This document shows, one piece after another, positions 26,601 through 39,500 of a DNA stretch of 64,000 bases; position 1 is the stretch's first letter, and the number at the start of each line of letters is the position of its first letter. Source of the DNA: Phoronis australis (taxonomy: Eukaryota; Animalia; Phoronida); the NCBI GenBank assembly GCA_002633005.1, contig NMRA01000029.1, positions 1,026,086 to 1,090,085 of the forward strand, in the 5' to 3' direction. The notes under the pieces were generated by a model that searched no databases, had not been told where the DNA came from, and worked only from the letters and a program-made list of their open reading frames with translations. The translations under genes were made by a program, and so were the position numbers.

Positions 26601-29600
26601 CTTACAGAATTGTATAGAATGCTGGTACTATAGTTGCAGTCTACCATTTAAGTGTTTTTGTTGGGCCTCTGTTGTCATATGTTCTATCGTAGAGTTGGTG
26701 TTCAACAGTCGGTGTTTTTTCGCTTTTGTAATTTTAATTTTAATTGAAAGAGTTGACTGAGTCATTGTATTGTAAAGTTTTGGACTGCAACCTCTGAGGT
26801 TGTGGGTTTGTAGGCATCTTGGGGCTGTTCTCAAATATGCAACATTTATTTTAAAAGATGTGCTGGTCAACAAGAGCGTTAACAGTACAAAAACATTCAA
26901 GACAATCTAATTTCAGAGAGCTTTGGAACAATTCCGCTCCACGATCGTGACATTGTGTTGGCTGATTACAGAGAGAGGTTTTCATCGCTCCAAATGCTCG
27001 GTGACAAACTGCCTCAAGTTTCCTGTGACCAGTTGGTATGTGAAGTGAAATACTAAAAATGTAGTTCACATGTTTAAAGATTCACAGGCTAAGTTCCCCA
27101 GGCATGTAAAAATTCACTAGCGGTGAAATTTTAATTATTTTGCCCAAGGTGTGAGCTTGGACCAAATTTTAGACATAGGCAGCTCCGGCTGTTCCAAATT
27201 AAGGAATTACAATCTATGACAACTGACCAGTCACCTCTGTGTTCCACACTATGGGGATGTTTGAAAGCGTTGCGCTGACTGCTATTTTTGACGATTTTGT
27301 GAACTCTATTTTCCGATTAAAAACATTGTATACGATAATGAAGCAATGTGATTAATGCCGAAATGGCCCGTCGCAATCTTCCGAATCAAAAGGTTTTATT
27401 TTTTTCACAAATTTTGATGTCTCACATTTTAGGAACTGTTCTAAGCTGGAGAGTTTTACAATGCCTGATAACTTGTAAGTAATGTAGACCAACGCTTATT
27501 TTGTATGTTGCTCATGTCTAAATGTAATACTTGTTTAGGACTGGAAATGTTTCATAAAATAACTCCCAAGTATTACGTGCTCTTTGGCCAATGAAAATAT
27601 TTTTGTTTTAAAAGTGTTTGTTATAAATTAAAAACCCTGGAAGACCCAGGTAATGTAATTAAGTGTGTTCAGTCATAACCAATGATAAACGGAAATGGTT
27701 TGAAAACTTGTGGGTAAAGTTTGCCTAATGCATACATAAAGTACTGAAAGTATACAAATTACGTATTGACCACAATTAGCTTCTATTTTCAAAGTTGTGT
27801 ACTTAGTATGGGGGGAGGGCATTGGTAATGGTCTGGACATAATCTACTCGGGCGAGTAGAAGTCAATGAACATATTTGGAACTACTGTATTAGTTGCGAA
27901 GGTAGAAGAGTCTTCTAAAAAGACCATGCTTTGCATGCTTTGGAAAGTGTTAAAACTGCGTTAAACCCGTTTCGCTGGCAAAAAAACGAAAGTCTAAAGC
28001 CTTTTGCTTGAATGTAAACTCGATTTATAGTACTTCTTACCTTAATAGGATTCAATTTCATTACTAACAAGAACATGAAAACCATAAGTGACCAAACTCA
28101 ACAAACACTGAAGCATTTGCTTGAGTCACTGATGGTTTCCATGTTACTCCTGGTAACGGAATGGAATTCTATCCTATTAAGGAATACTATGAGACGGATT
28201 TTATGAGAGTAAAAAGTCTAATTCCCAGCTAATCAGAGCGAAATGCAACTGTAAGAATCATGAATGATCCCTAATACATGAATGGAAATTGCTGAGGGCA
28301 ATATCTAGGTCAATGAAAATCATTAGAAAATAGAATAAGCAGTGCTCTACACTTCAAACATTTTAATGTTTTGCATATTAAAATATGCAAATGACCAAAT
28401 AATGTGTTTTTTTTGTTCATTGTTTATTAAGTCATAGGTATTTCTGAATTGTCATTTTCAGAGCAACAACTCATTGCTGTGCTCTGGCCTTGTCAGGTCA
28501 GCCACAGATATCAACATGGATCTCTCCAGTGACACAAACACAAAGACACTACATGCCATGTCCATTCTTGCTGTTACAGGATGGACTTACTGGTAAGAGA
28601 CACTGAAATAGGCTTTCCAATTTCATTGATTTTTTAAAAGAACTTCAATATTCAAATGTTGTATGAAGTTATATCTATATTTTAAATGTCACTTTAAACT
28701 CATTATTTATGCCCCAAATTGTTTGAGAGGACTTCCAGTTGATTTCAATGAAGCAGCAAGACCATTTTCTAGCATTTTGATTTTCAATGATTTTATCAGT
28801 TTTAAGCATTTTGACTACTCATTGATGTTTTCGTCAATTGGCATCAAACATTGCACATTTATATCATGGGAACCACGGCTCAATTTTTTTATTTTTCTTC
28901 GCTCAGTGGAGATAACGACTGCCAAAAATGAAAACTTGTAATGCTTTAAAAAGTTATTTTGGTGGCTGATATCTCTGTTGTTTGGGGTTAAATAAAAATC
29001 TGAGACACAGATCCTTGTGTATTGATGGTGAGAATGTAAATTTCAAATACAAAATCATGTGCAGTTTATGTTTTTAAAAATCCATTGTTTAAATAAGGAG
29101 TGGTAATCATGTAGTTTTGAATGATTCTACAGCATTTTAATGCTTAAATGATACTGAAAATATATTTAAGGGGTTAAAAATGGACAGTCAAAAAGTTAGT
29201 AACTTGTAATATATATTAAGTACTTCATGAAGGTTATCAAATGCCTTTGCCTATTAATGCATAATATTAAAACGGGCTTTTCCATCCAATTTTCTGAAAC
29301 TAAATATTGCTTCATAACCTTCTTCAAGTCTCAAAAGTTTGGAGGAAAATTTGAAAACGCCTTTCAAAGTCTGCTTAACGGGCAAGCATGAACTATGCTT
29401 TTAGCGAATTGCATGGCAACTGTGGGGAAAAGACCAACCAGCAAGAACTATCTGTGAGATAGGGAGTCCGAAGTTTTAGTTGATTCTTGCTCTTACCCTC
29501 CAACAATGATGCCATTGGTTAGCAGGTGACAACAAGGATTGGTTGAGATTATTAAAGCAGTGTTTAGTATCTTTTTCACATTTCATCTTGGGTCTGAACT

Positions 29601-32600
29601 GCTCTCATAGGAGTATGAAAATGAAGTTGCTATCCCTCATAATGTGATTCAGCTAAGCTTGCTAATAGCCTGTCTGGCTACAGATTTATTTCTCTTCTCA
29701 TGTGGTAAGCAGTTTTATTTTGGTGAATGTTGGTTGATTGTGACCTTCAAAATGCCATCATTGTTTTAAGTTACTTAGTAAGAATAGCTTAGTTTTGTAA
29801 TTTCCATGCCTGCCCTATAACGCAGCATAGTAAGAGTTAGGTAATTGAATTAAAATTTAAATGTGTTTGCTCGTTGACGTTGTCCACTTTTTCATCTACA
29901 GTCTTTCCACTCGCTTCTTTCAGTCCCAAATCTAAGGATATTCTGCAGTGTTCATACTGTCAGCGGAAGGTTGGACTTTGGAACTTTAACCAGATGTTGG
30001 AGTCACGTGATGCATCTGTGACATCATCCCAGGGTGGAGAAGTTGACTCAAATGTTGATAGTGATGTTGTCTCACCACGCAAAAAACAAAAACGGGTTAG
30101 TTTATAGAGTGTACCGTGGTAAAAATTTTCCGTTTCAAGACACAGAAATTCAAGCTAAAATTGTATTTTCTTGATTCTGAAAATCTGGACACATGCGATT
30201 TTTACGTCCATCATATTTCTCAACCAGTGGACACCGCACTTAGTGTCAACAGAGTGAAAGTAGACGTCATAAGATTGTTGAGCCGCCAATGCAACATTAT
30301 CATGCGTCACCCGAGAGTGTAACATGAACGTGAATGATTGTTTGTCATTGATTGTTAGTAGTTAGTGAATTTGGGACAGTGAATGGTAAATAAATATTTT
30401 TAAAATTTGGTACATGCTCCATCCTAGAGCAAAATTGTTCACTGTCTCAAACTGCAGAATTTTTACCATTTGATAATAGTAACATGGCTAAACAACAGAA
30501 ATTCACTTGTATTTTTGCTTAATTTGAGCAAAGATTCCCGGCTCCAGTTCTTGCACCAGGTCCTTTAGATAGGTCAGATGTGATGCTATGCAAATAAAAT
30601 CTCTCAGTCTAGTTGCAACCAACTTATCCAAGTTTTCCTGTAAAGTGATAGTGTTGTGTTTTCTTTTCAACTGGAAATTTTGTAGTGTTAGTGTGGGCTA
30701 AGAAAATTAGGATAAAAAGCAAATCAAACTTCAATGAACTTGTAATGTCTCCGGCTTTTTGCTTTCAGGGCAACAACTTAACTCACAGGTTTACTGATGT
30801 AGTTTAAGTGACATGCTGTGTTCTTTAGAAGATTGTCGCAGATTACGTTAAAGTTTTAAAAAAGCTAAAGTTGTCTTAATAGTTATGGTGAAAACCCAGA
30901 AATTTGACTAAAATTAACACTAAATCATTTGAAAATTAGCCAAAAAATTTCTCTGCCATTTCATTGATTTTCAAAAAAGCCAATTTTGTCAGCTTCCTTA
31001 CAAAAACTACTGTGTGACAATAGAATGTTAAATTTTTACATTTTATTTATTCTTTCTGTTTGACTTTGCAGACCAAAGGTTCCTTTTGTCCTGTTGAAGA
31101 ACACAAGTCCTGGTGTCCTTGGCTGGCTGCACAGTTACCCAGTGAGGGCCAGTCTGACACGCAGCCTACATGGAAACAGCTTGTGGAAAAACTCACTCAA
31201 GATCAAACAAAAGTCTCAAGTCCTGTTGGTGTGCCAAGAAAGGTTGGGCATTTTTGTAACAGCATTGCAGAATACCTTCTTTCTCACAAGTGGCAACTAA
31301 TGCACACTTGCATTGCCTCTGACAAGTTAAATTCTGCAAGTTATCCTGTTTAGCAGGCTGCAAAAGAAAATTGAATTAGACCTTTTACTGTCATAAAATT
31401 GAATTAGACCTTTTACTGTCATAAAATTGAATTAGACCTTTTACTGTTATAAAATCGGTCTCAACATAGTTATTATTGTGTTAGGATTCGATTTTCATTA
31501 CCAATGGGTATGTGCCATTTTTGAATTTGCAGTTTTAGGGAATGCCAACCCTTGTAAACTGGAGTGTTTTCTTGTTTTGCTGATGGTTTTGATGTTCTTT
31601 TTTGTGGTGAAAGCAGAATCCTACGGTGGTAAGAAGCACTACGAGAGCGATTTTATGAGAGTAAGATGCGTAACTTTTGCTTTTTAGCCAGCTAAACATG
31701 ACGAGAAGCTACTTTCAATTTGAAATTGCAGAAAACACCAATTTCATAGCCAAAAAACCCAAAACAAGCCCACCAGCCGATCTGCTGTAACATGGGAACA
31801 CCCTCAAAAACTATCAATGTGTCAAGTAGCTGATTTTAAGTTACGAGCATTTATTGGTCAAAGCGTCTTGTGTAAAATGGGGACAACCATTGTGTTTAGT
31901 GTGGAAAGTCGTCAGACATTTGCTGCTTGTTTTCTAACAGTTTATGTCCGTGGAGATGTGCACTGCTGTTGTGCTGATCACTGTTTTACAGCAATTTTTT
32001 TAGAATTGTCATACTTCTGCTGGTAAAATTTCACTTATTTGCTACTGACATTGTTACATAGTTGCAATGCAGACAAAATCTTGACAAGCTGGGTAGAATG
32101 CGCTATATCATTCTTATCATCCGTCACAACACAGAAAACTTTAATGGTTAAAACATGTGAAACTCACAGGTTTTTGAATGTCATTTAAACTTGTAATGAT
32201 TTCAGTTAATAGTTCCCCTATTTTTGAAAATCAAAGATCCAAGTGTCGTATTTTCTTGTTTTCCATGCTTAAAAACGCTATGAAGGTTATTTCCCAAAAG
32301 TTTAGTCCTGGATTTTTTGTACCACTATTTATGACAAGATGAGATCATGCTCAATCAAGTCTCACCAACTCCTAACACTGTATCAGCCCTGGGCACATGA
32401 AAGGCTGGAAATAGGCTTTTGGTGTGATGGCAAAACTCTTTCATGGGGATAAAAATGGTAATTTCTGCAGGAATGTGTGCAAAAGATTTAGCTAAAGAAC
32501 TTAACTAATGAAAATCAAAGATAAGACCCCAAAACGAGAATAATCAATATGTCAGTTTTTGAAGCAATCTCTGCTGCAAGCAGTTTTAAGTCATATGTCG

Positions 32601-32693
32601 TTTGCTTTGTTTCAGGAATCTCCACAAGATGGTGTAAGAAGCGTTAGGCGAATACTCCGAGACTGGACATCTCCCTTAAAGTTGGACACGTGA
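20640..32693 (+). CDS. ZC3HC1: Zinc finger C3HC-type protein 1 (NIPA; nuclear basket/TPR-binding protein), ~359 aa, 9 exons
   Basis: Exons: 20640-20716, 23653-23749, 25716-25866, 26229-26312, 26917-27035, 28462-28592, 29924-30095, 31072-31242, 32616-32693. All introns are GT-AG, phases match and the CDS is 1080 nt. Motifs: KDAFVKRVESFT-LTWYAKP..SPLECARYGW..LRCVSC, HKTICPWP, ILAVTGW, LQCSYCQRKVGLWNF, SPRKKQKR, FCPVEEHKSWCPW, VRRILRDW. Confidence 0.92.
20940..21020 (-). mobile_element. Possible tRNA-derived SINE head
   Basis: The minus strand reads TGGTCATTGTCTAG...GACCTCAGGTTCACATCCCGGC, resembling degenerate Pol III A and B boxes. It does not form a full cloverleaf. Confidence 0.3.
21276..22952 (+). 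mobile_element. Non-autonomous Kolobok DNA transposon with THAP (+) and KolX-like (-) remnants, in ZC3HC1 intron 1
   Basis: TTAA flanks both sides (21272-21275, 22953-22956). TIRs are AGGAGAATGCCAC and GTGGCATGCTCCT (12/13 match). A THAP-like peptide IVPACPNK..GVSFF.LP....LRKW....HLRVCGL lies at ~21450-21645. A convergent minus-strand peptide GYQFEQEYSDEEILERRREQ ends at a GTAAG donor (~21675-21850). Confidence 0.85.
29240..29385 (+). repeat. Dispersed repeat fragment; inverted copy at ~58530-58665
   Basis: CTCAAAAGTTTGGAGGAAAATTTGAAAAC..CTTTCAAAGT matches the reverse complement of ACTTTGAAAGGAGTTTTCAAATTTTCCTCCAAACTTTTGAG. Confidence 0.75.
30112..30470. mobile_element. MITE-like element with GGTAAAAATT...AATTTTTACC ends
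   Basis: Inverted terminal motifs are present. Related CGGTAAAAATTCTCCA ends occur at ~38122 and ~40320. Confidence 0.45.
31367..31455 (+). repeat. Minisatellite, ~3 x 28 bp (AAAATTGAATTAGACCTTTTACTGTCAT)
   Basis: Direct tandem copies start at 31367, 31395 and 31423. Confidence 0.9.
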
Positions 32694-33650
32694 TACGGTG
32701 TCATTTGCTAGCTGTTGTTTTTGGAACATTCGATAGTGGAAGGATGGAGCATTTGAATGAATTTCTTTGCATTTAGTCAAAAGACACTTAGAGGAGCTTG
32801 CGGTGATAACGTGCTCATAAAAATAATTCATAGCGGCAATAAACCTAGTACCTTCCTTCACCTGTGAAGTCTTAAATTGTTCCTTAGATGAAATAGGTGA
32901 TTTCTGGGATAGGAAAGAAATAACTGAAGTTATTTGTTGGTACTTATATGTAACAAGGATCTACAAGTCGACTTTTCACGGCACGCCATTTTATTCCCAA
33001 AAATGACTTCTCATCTGAGTAAGGAACATGGAACATGTCAAAACCAGTTCTGTAGCAGGAAGTGGTAAAACAAAAATTTTGTTTCTTTGATGAACTTCAT
33101 TAATTAACCTTATCTGTAGCTTTCTTCCTTGGGAACATTTATTCAGATAATTCTAGAGTCTCTTTTTGTTTGTGTATAAAATTTATTATGTTTGTCATGC
33201 AAGGTTTTTGAAATCTGGAATTCCGTTGAAATGCAATATGATGTTATGATTTGCCGAGGAAGAAATGTCAATATGCTGCAATTTCATACTAAAAAATAGT
33301 CCCCCCCCTTGAGTTAAGACACACATTTCATCAATAGAAACATCACTAAATTCATAGAATTTTGTACAGCCCTGGGGGTAATTTTTTGTCCGGACTATTA
33401 ATTAAGTGAAGTTCAACACTGTTGAACTGTGGTGGCCATTTTGTTGCTGCACCAGCAGAAATTTGAAAATAACTTAATTCTGGTTATTCCATGATGAAAG
33501 AGCATCACTGTGGAGTAAGTTAAATTAGTTTGGTTTACGTTTAAATCCCGTTTATGGAGTTTTCAACTGAAAAGAAGAGGAAATATTAGCTTTATTAAAT
33601 ATAAAACTGGTGCAGTCCTCACACTGTAGAACTTTCGGTTTTGTAAGTCA

Positions 33651-33732
33651 CAGGGGCTTCCACATTTTGAGAACCAGTTTTCTCCACAGTATAACAGCCA
33701 TCAAACTGGTTCTCAACATGCAGGAACCCCTG
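33651..33732. mobile_element. ~82-bp hairpin MITE (copy of 55936-56016)
   Basis: CAGGGG..TTGAGAACCAGT...ACTGGTTCTCA..CCCCTG inverted arms; same family as 55936-56016. Confidence 0.75.
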
Positions 33733-36582
33733 CAAGTGTTAGTGACTTTCATCTTGGCCGTTATATTTCACTCATAGTGAATGACAGGAAAAAATCGATA
33801 ATAAATATTTATTTTTTATATTTTTAGTGTGTTTAGATACAATTTGAACATTGTATTAAAAATTCGCAATACTGTAATAACTCATACATCACGAAGCATC
33901 TATGACTACAAACTACTAGTTGATAAGGGGTGACACTGACCAGTTAGCACTCTGGATAAAAATAAAAACTTACAAGTCAAATAAATAATATCTAGCCAGA
34001 AGCCAACTTGAAGAAAAGTCACTTAAAAAGCATTTGACAGAAACCATACTTCTGGCTTTCCCAGATAAACTTTCGACTAACACAGTTTTGTTATTGTTTT
34101 TGTTATTGTACCATCTACTACCCAGAAGCAACTGAGGTAATATTCAGTGCATGGTTCTGTTTCATGAAAAATGCCCCGAGACACAGTCGGATATCTCAGT
34201 TCAGGAAAATAAGAAGTACGCAAATATACCCCAAATTGTAAAGTCATGGTTATTAAGACGATTTGAAATATTTGCTAATTTGTGGTGTACAAAAAGTTAC
34301 ATGGCAAAACCTTAATCCAACAACAGTGTGCTAGATAATGGGTCCGACTGAATTCTACATGTTTGTTATGGAACAGACTCCACGAAAACCTTTCAGTTGT
34401 TCATCCCAATTGCACAGGCTGGGAAACAGGTGAAACCTTGCGTATTTGTACAAATGCTTGTAAGTCCAACAAAGCCTCAGACGATTACAAACACCCAAAT
34501 TTTCAACCGAAGAGCTATCAAAACTTCATAGTTCTTCACTGTGACAGTCTCCGCACTTAAAGGGGACTTGCAAATTTTATCGTTTACAGCAGGTTAGTCT
34601 CATGTCAGTAAGACAAAAAAGCAAACAACTCCCATACGATGTTAAAACTTATCATTGGAGAACTATGGGAAACAAATACTAGCATGCAGAATGCCAATTT
34701 CTTAACTGTGAGAAAACGGTGTAGCTAAACGTTTTCAATTTCACAAAAATGACTGCATGCACTTCACTTGATAAGTTCAACCATAGTTGCATGAAGACCA
34801 TCTGTGGTACAAACCACATTTAACAAGACAAAAATGTCTATATTCGAGACAGATTTGACAAAAAATCCACTGCCTTTTGTCCAAAATTGGAAAATGTTTA
34901 CCCCAACTCAGTGACTCGAGTGCCTGAACTTCACTAAGCACACCCAGGAACAATCAACTCAATAATCCCACAACAGACAGGTACAGTTTCATTTGCAGCA
35001 CATTAACATTGTTCAAACAATACAGAGACCACTTTCAATTAAAAGTACAAATGGGTTAACCATATTCAGAACTTGCCAGCACATTTTGGTTAACAAATGT
35101 TTTTAAAATCTTACATTATTCTTAATGACTCACGGCCAAAACTTGAGATCAGTTAGTTACCCCCTTGTAACCGTAGCCTGTAACAGGATTTGATACAAAA
35201 ATCTCAGTAGCTTCCTCTCTGAAAAAAATCTCTTTATAAAACTTAAATTTTGAGACGAGAAGGTAGACAAAAAAGGTGCTTAATCTTATCAAGCCTAAAC
35301 AGTGAGTGGCAGTACACGTAGTGGCAATAACTTTATTACAGAGAATATGGGAAGACGTCATTTCATTATAGCGTCTTTTTGAAGGAATAACAGCCTTTCA
35401 AGTAAACATACTATCAAACTGAGCAGCAAATTCAACTCCACAACTATTCGGACATTCCACAACAACCTCAGTGTTGCAACCTGACAAACTTTGGTGCGCT
35501 AAAAGTAACCATCCAGAAATGCTCGAGACTGGCAACTAAAAATCCAAAAGATGTAAAAGAGACGGCTTTAAATTAAAACTATCGCACACAATAAGAATGG
35601 GCCAGAAACGCAATTGACATTTTCTTTACTGCAAAAACCATACAATCCAGATTCTTCTCAAGTTGGTTTCTAATAACAAGGGTGAAAAACAACAAAATCC
35701 ATGAACCCAACGAAGCACATCACTGGCATCCACTTCCAAAGAACTTAGAAGAATTTTTCATCACTTTAGATTTCTTGATTAGCACACTAACTTAAGAGAC
35801 AGCCTTCAGTAGAAAAAAACTAACTTTTGGTTTAGATCATTTACCATCGTGAACTTGGGGTCACATTATTTCTTAGTCAAATTAGAGGTGAGTTCTGAGC
35901 TCGGCAAAGAAATGACAGTTCGTTATTGCTCGAGACTAAACTCTAGAAGTTGACTCGATTCGGAATTTCATTTGAAGCAGCGAGCATGGTCGTGAGCATA
36001 ACATAAGTTTTTCTAAGCCGAAAAATCACTACTCATTTGAACAAGTTGAGATCAGTTTATAGCTTTACAGGGTCTAAATCAAAAGTTAGGTATATAGACT
36101 CTTTAAGTAAACGATTTCGCATCTCAGAATTTAACATTGTTGCTGGATCATTAAAACATGTAACTAAAAACGCATACTACGATTGTGAACATTTTCTTGT
36201 CTAAAATTGTTGTCAAAACAACATGCAAAGATATCAGAGACCTGGGTATTTTCCCACGCAAACTGCCATTCAGTGGTCAACAAATCTAAAGTGCTCCATC
36301 TGACTTCCATTCGCTGAAAAGCAATCTTTACTAAAATATCCTGTCAACTTTTTGCGAGTCCGACCCTTGGCGAAAACTAATCTGTGATACCTGATTCGTT
36401 AAAAACCCACCTCAAAATGCTCTCCTACGAATGCAGCACCCGACAACAGTTCCCGCTTACATACATTCCAGACTTTGCAGTCGAGTCAAATGCTTTTTGC
36501 CTGTTCTATAATGTATAGCTATATAGTAAAATACATGTTGATACAAAGTTATTTACAATGAACAATAAAACAGTAGTCACTA

Positions 36583-39500
36583 CTATAGTTCCATATCTTG
36601 GGCCTCATCCTCTGAGAAATCGGATAGTGATGATTCGCTTGAACTGCTCTCTGCTGGCTCAAGTTCCTGTAGAGCTTCTTCAGTTGCATATTTTTTAACA
36701 TATTCTGCAAATTGAGAAATCCTTTAAAGTTAACGATGACTCGACAGATGGACTTAAGCTTAGCGTAGATGTAAGAGATACAAGCTAACTGCCTCGAATG
36801 CAAGCTACCCAGATGGCTCGTGCGGTCGGCTGCAAACGGCGAGGAAAATGTTCGGTGAAATACGCCAGATGGGGCAGTTTGTTCAATTGAAGGGGCAAAG
36901 GATACCCTTTACCACGACCCTTGTTAATTATGAACCTCCCCTGGGAAGTGCCATAGTGACACCCGAGAAATGAGTGAATAATTTAAAAAAATCATTAGCC
37001 AGAGAAGCTAATCAGCAAGTTGAAAGGACTTTTTGATAGCTAACCTCACCCACATGGTTTAAGGATTTGGGGCTAGCGAGATGAGAAATAAAAAAGAGAT
37101 ATTCTCCTCAGTACCTCAGGAGGGAAATCATCAATGTTCATTTAGAGCATACATGTATTTGAGCTTACTGGCATTTGAGGCAGTGGGCTAAGCTTGTGAC
37201 TTTTTGTCTGCGCCAAGCTTTATCTCATTAACTTAGAGATGGTTTCAAATGACTCACAGTCATGCAGTAATCTGTAGAACCATCTACAGTAATAATGCAA
37301 GTAAGGTTGTGCAACAAAAGACCAGAATCAGTTTAAATTAACCAAATAATATTTGTTTGTTTTGCAAGCCACACCTAAATCAGCATTTATTCAAATACGT
37401 TGATATTCTGAAAGATCTAGACAAACTATGACACACCCGAGTATGCGACAGGTATGACAAAAAGAATCTCTCTACAAGTGTTCGAAATATAAAAGTTCTC
37501 AGTACCTGTGACTTTCTTTTTGTAGTCTTCTGGTTTATGAAGGTAGAGGGCAGCAGCGTCTCCATTTAACGGGTCTATGGGATTGGGATAACCTAGCAAT
37601 TGCGGTAGAAATGACTCAAAGATATTTGACAAATCTGAAAGGAAACAGTTTCAAGATATCAGGTATTTGAATGAGACCTCTCCAAAGCTTTCTGGAGATG
37701 TAACATGACAACTAATCGGTGTGACTAAACACTTAGCTTGAAGAACACAACTGTTGAATCAGGAACACTGCATGCTGGAATTCGGTCTCAAAAAAGATAT
37801 ATGTAAAATAACAATGTAGTGAATGTCTGCAATTGTTTCAAAATATCGCCTGATGGTGGCCACAGCACAAACCATGAACACGTGAAAGCACTACTTTACT
37901 GCCATATAATTTTCACGGGAAAAAAACAAAAAAATTAAATTTAACTAGTCCGCCATATAGTGTCCGAAATTACTGAAATTTTACCACAGCAATAAAATTA
38001 CTGAACGACAGTCTTAGGTTTTTGCACTGAACAGCCCAGTCCACTCCCACTACCATCCCCGACGCAAAACGTTAGTGATAACAGTTTACACGGATTCAGC
38101 TTTACTGCCAGTAGTTTATTACGGTAAAAATTCTCCAATTTAGAAAAGTCTTTAAAATTTGGGACATGGAAATACAAGCAGAAATTGAATTTTTTATTGT
38201 GAAGATAGGGACATTTTGGCATTCATCATATTTCAGACACTGTATCAAAAGAGTCTGAAAGAATAGACTTGGCAGTTCATAAAATCATCAAAAATACCTG
38301 ACAACGCAACCTTTTCATGCGCTCTCACAGTGCGTAACAACAAGAAGGATCGTCACTGATCATAATTCTTGAATTTGAGACGGCCTATTTCTAAAATTTG
38401 GTACAAATTCTGACCTTGAGCAAAACAGTTAATTTTCAGTCACAAACTGGAAATTTTTATCGTATTACACGTCACACGAACCATGCCATGCTAACACAGC
38501 CCCAACTTCCGCTTGGCTTTTAGTGATAAACACGAGCCAACATTACAGAGTTGTAGGCATCACTCACCATATAAAGGTGTCCAAGCTTGGTTGATAACAT
38601 CTAAACACACAGTACCAGATGCTTCATCTATATTTGGGTGATAGATCTTATTGATAAAACCTGGAAAAGATTGTGCTTGAAGTATTGGAAAGACGATAGA
38701 TTCTTTTGATAAAACCTGGAAAATGTGGTGTTTAGAGTTTCTGTACTAAAAGAGTTGATAGATCCTATCAATGACAAAACTTGAAAAATAATATTCTTTT
38801 CGAGTATTAGAAGGGTTGATAGATCCTATTGATAAAACTTGGAAAAACTTTGGGTTTGGAGTACTAAAAGAGTTGGCAGATCCTACTGATAAAAACACAC
38901 ACTGGACACTTATGCAATCCTAGTATGATTTGGCATATAGCTGGCTGTCATTACAAAATCACATTTACACTGTCGTAGAAGATGCACCATTTTCAATAAA
39001 GAACCAAGAGATTGATTTGGAAGTATCGCTAAACTCATAAAAGAAATTTAAGTTCATTTTCTCACTTTCAAATTAGATCTACACAAAATACCCTCAGGTA
39101 CGTCATATTTGCTTTGTGCTCACAAGTTTTTGCGATTTAACATAAATGCAGAACCTAACCTATTGTTTCCTACATAAAGGCAATATATTCCCTGAAGAGG
39201 TTTTCTCATTTTAGCCATCCAGGGTTCGTACAAAGTTCAACTTACCTATAGACGGACTTTTGAATGGATATTTGTCTGGCAGATCAACCCTTACTTTCCA
39301 CACTCCACCTTCATAAGGCGCTGTGTGATACAAGATGAAAGGTTAAAACCAGCAGCTTATACAAGTACACTTGAAGAAAATTAAACAGTGACACACATGA
39401 GCCCTAGGAGCAATGTGGGTGTTAAAGCTATGTAGGACCTAATCGACAACTCTGTGTATTTGGCCAATTATCTACAAAACTATAACTCCATACAGTGCAC

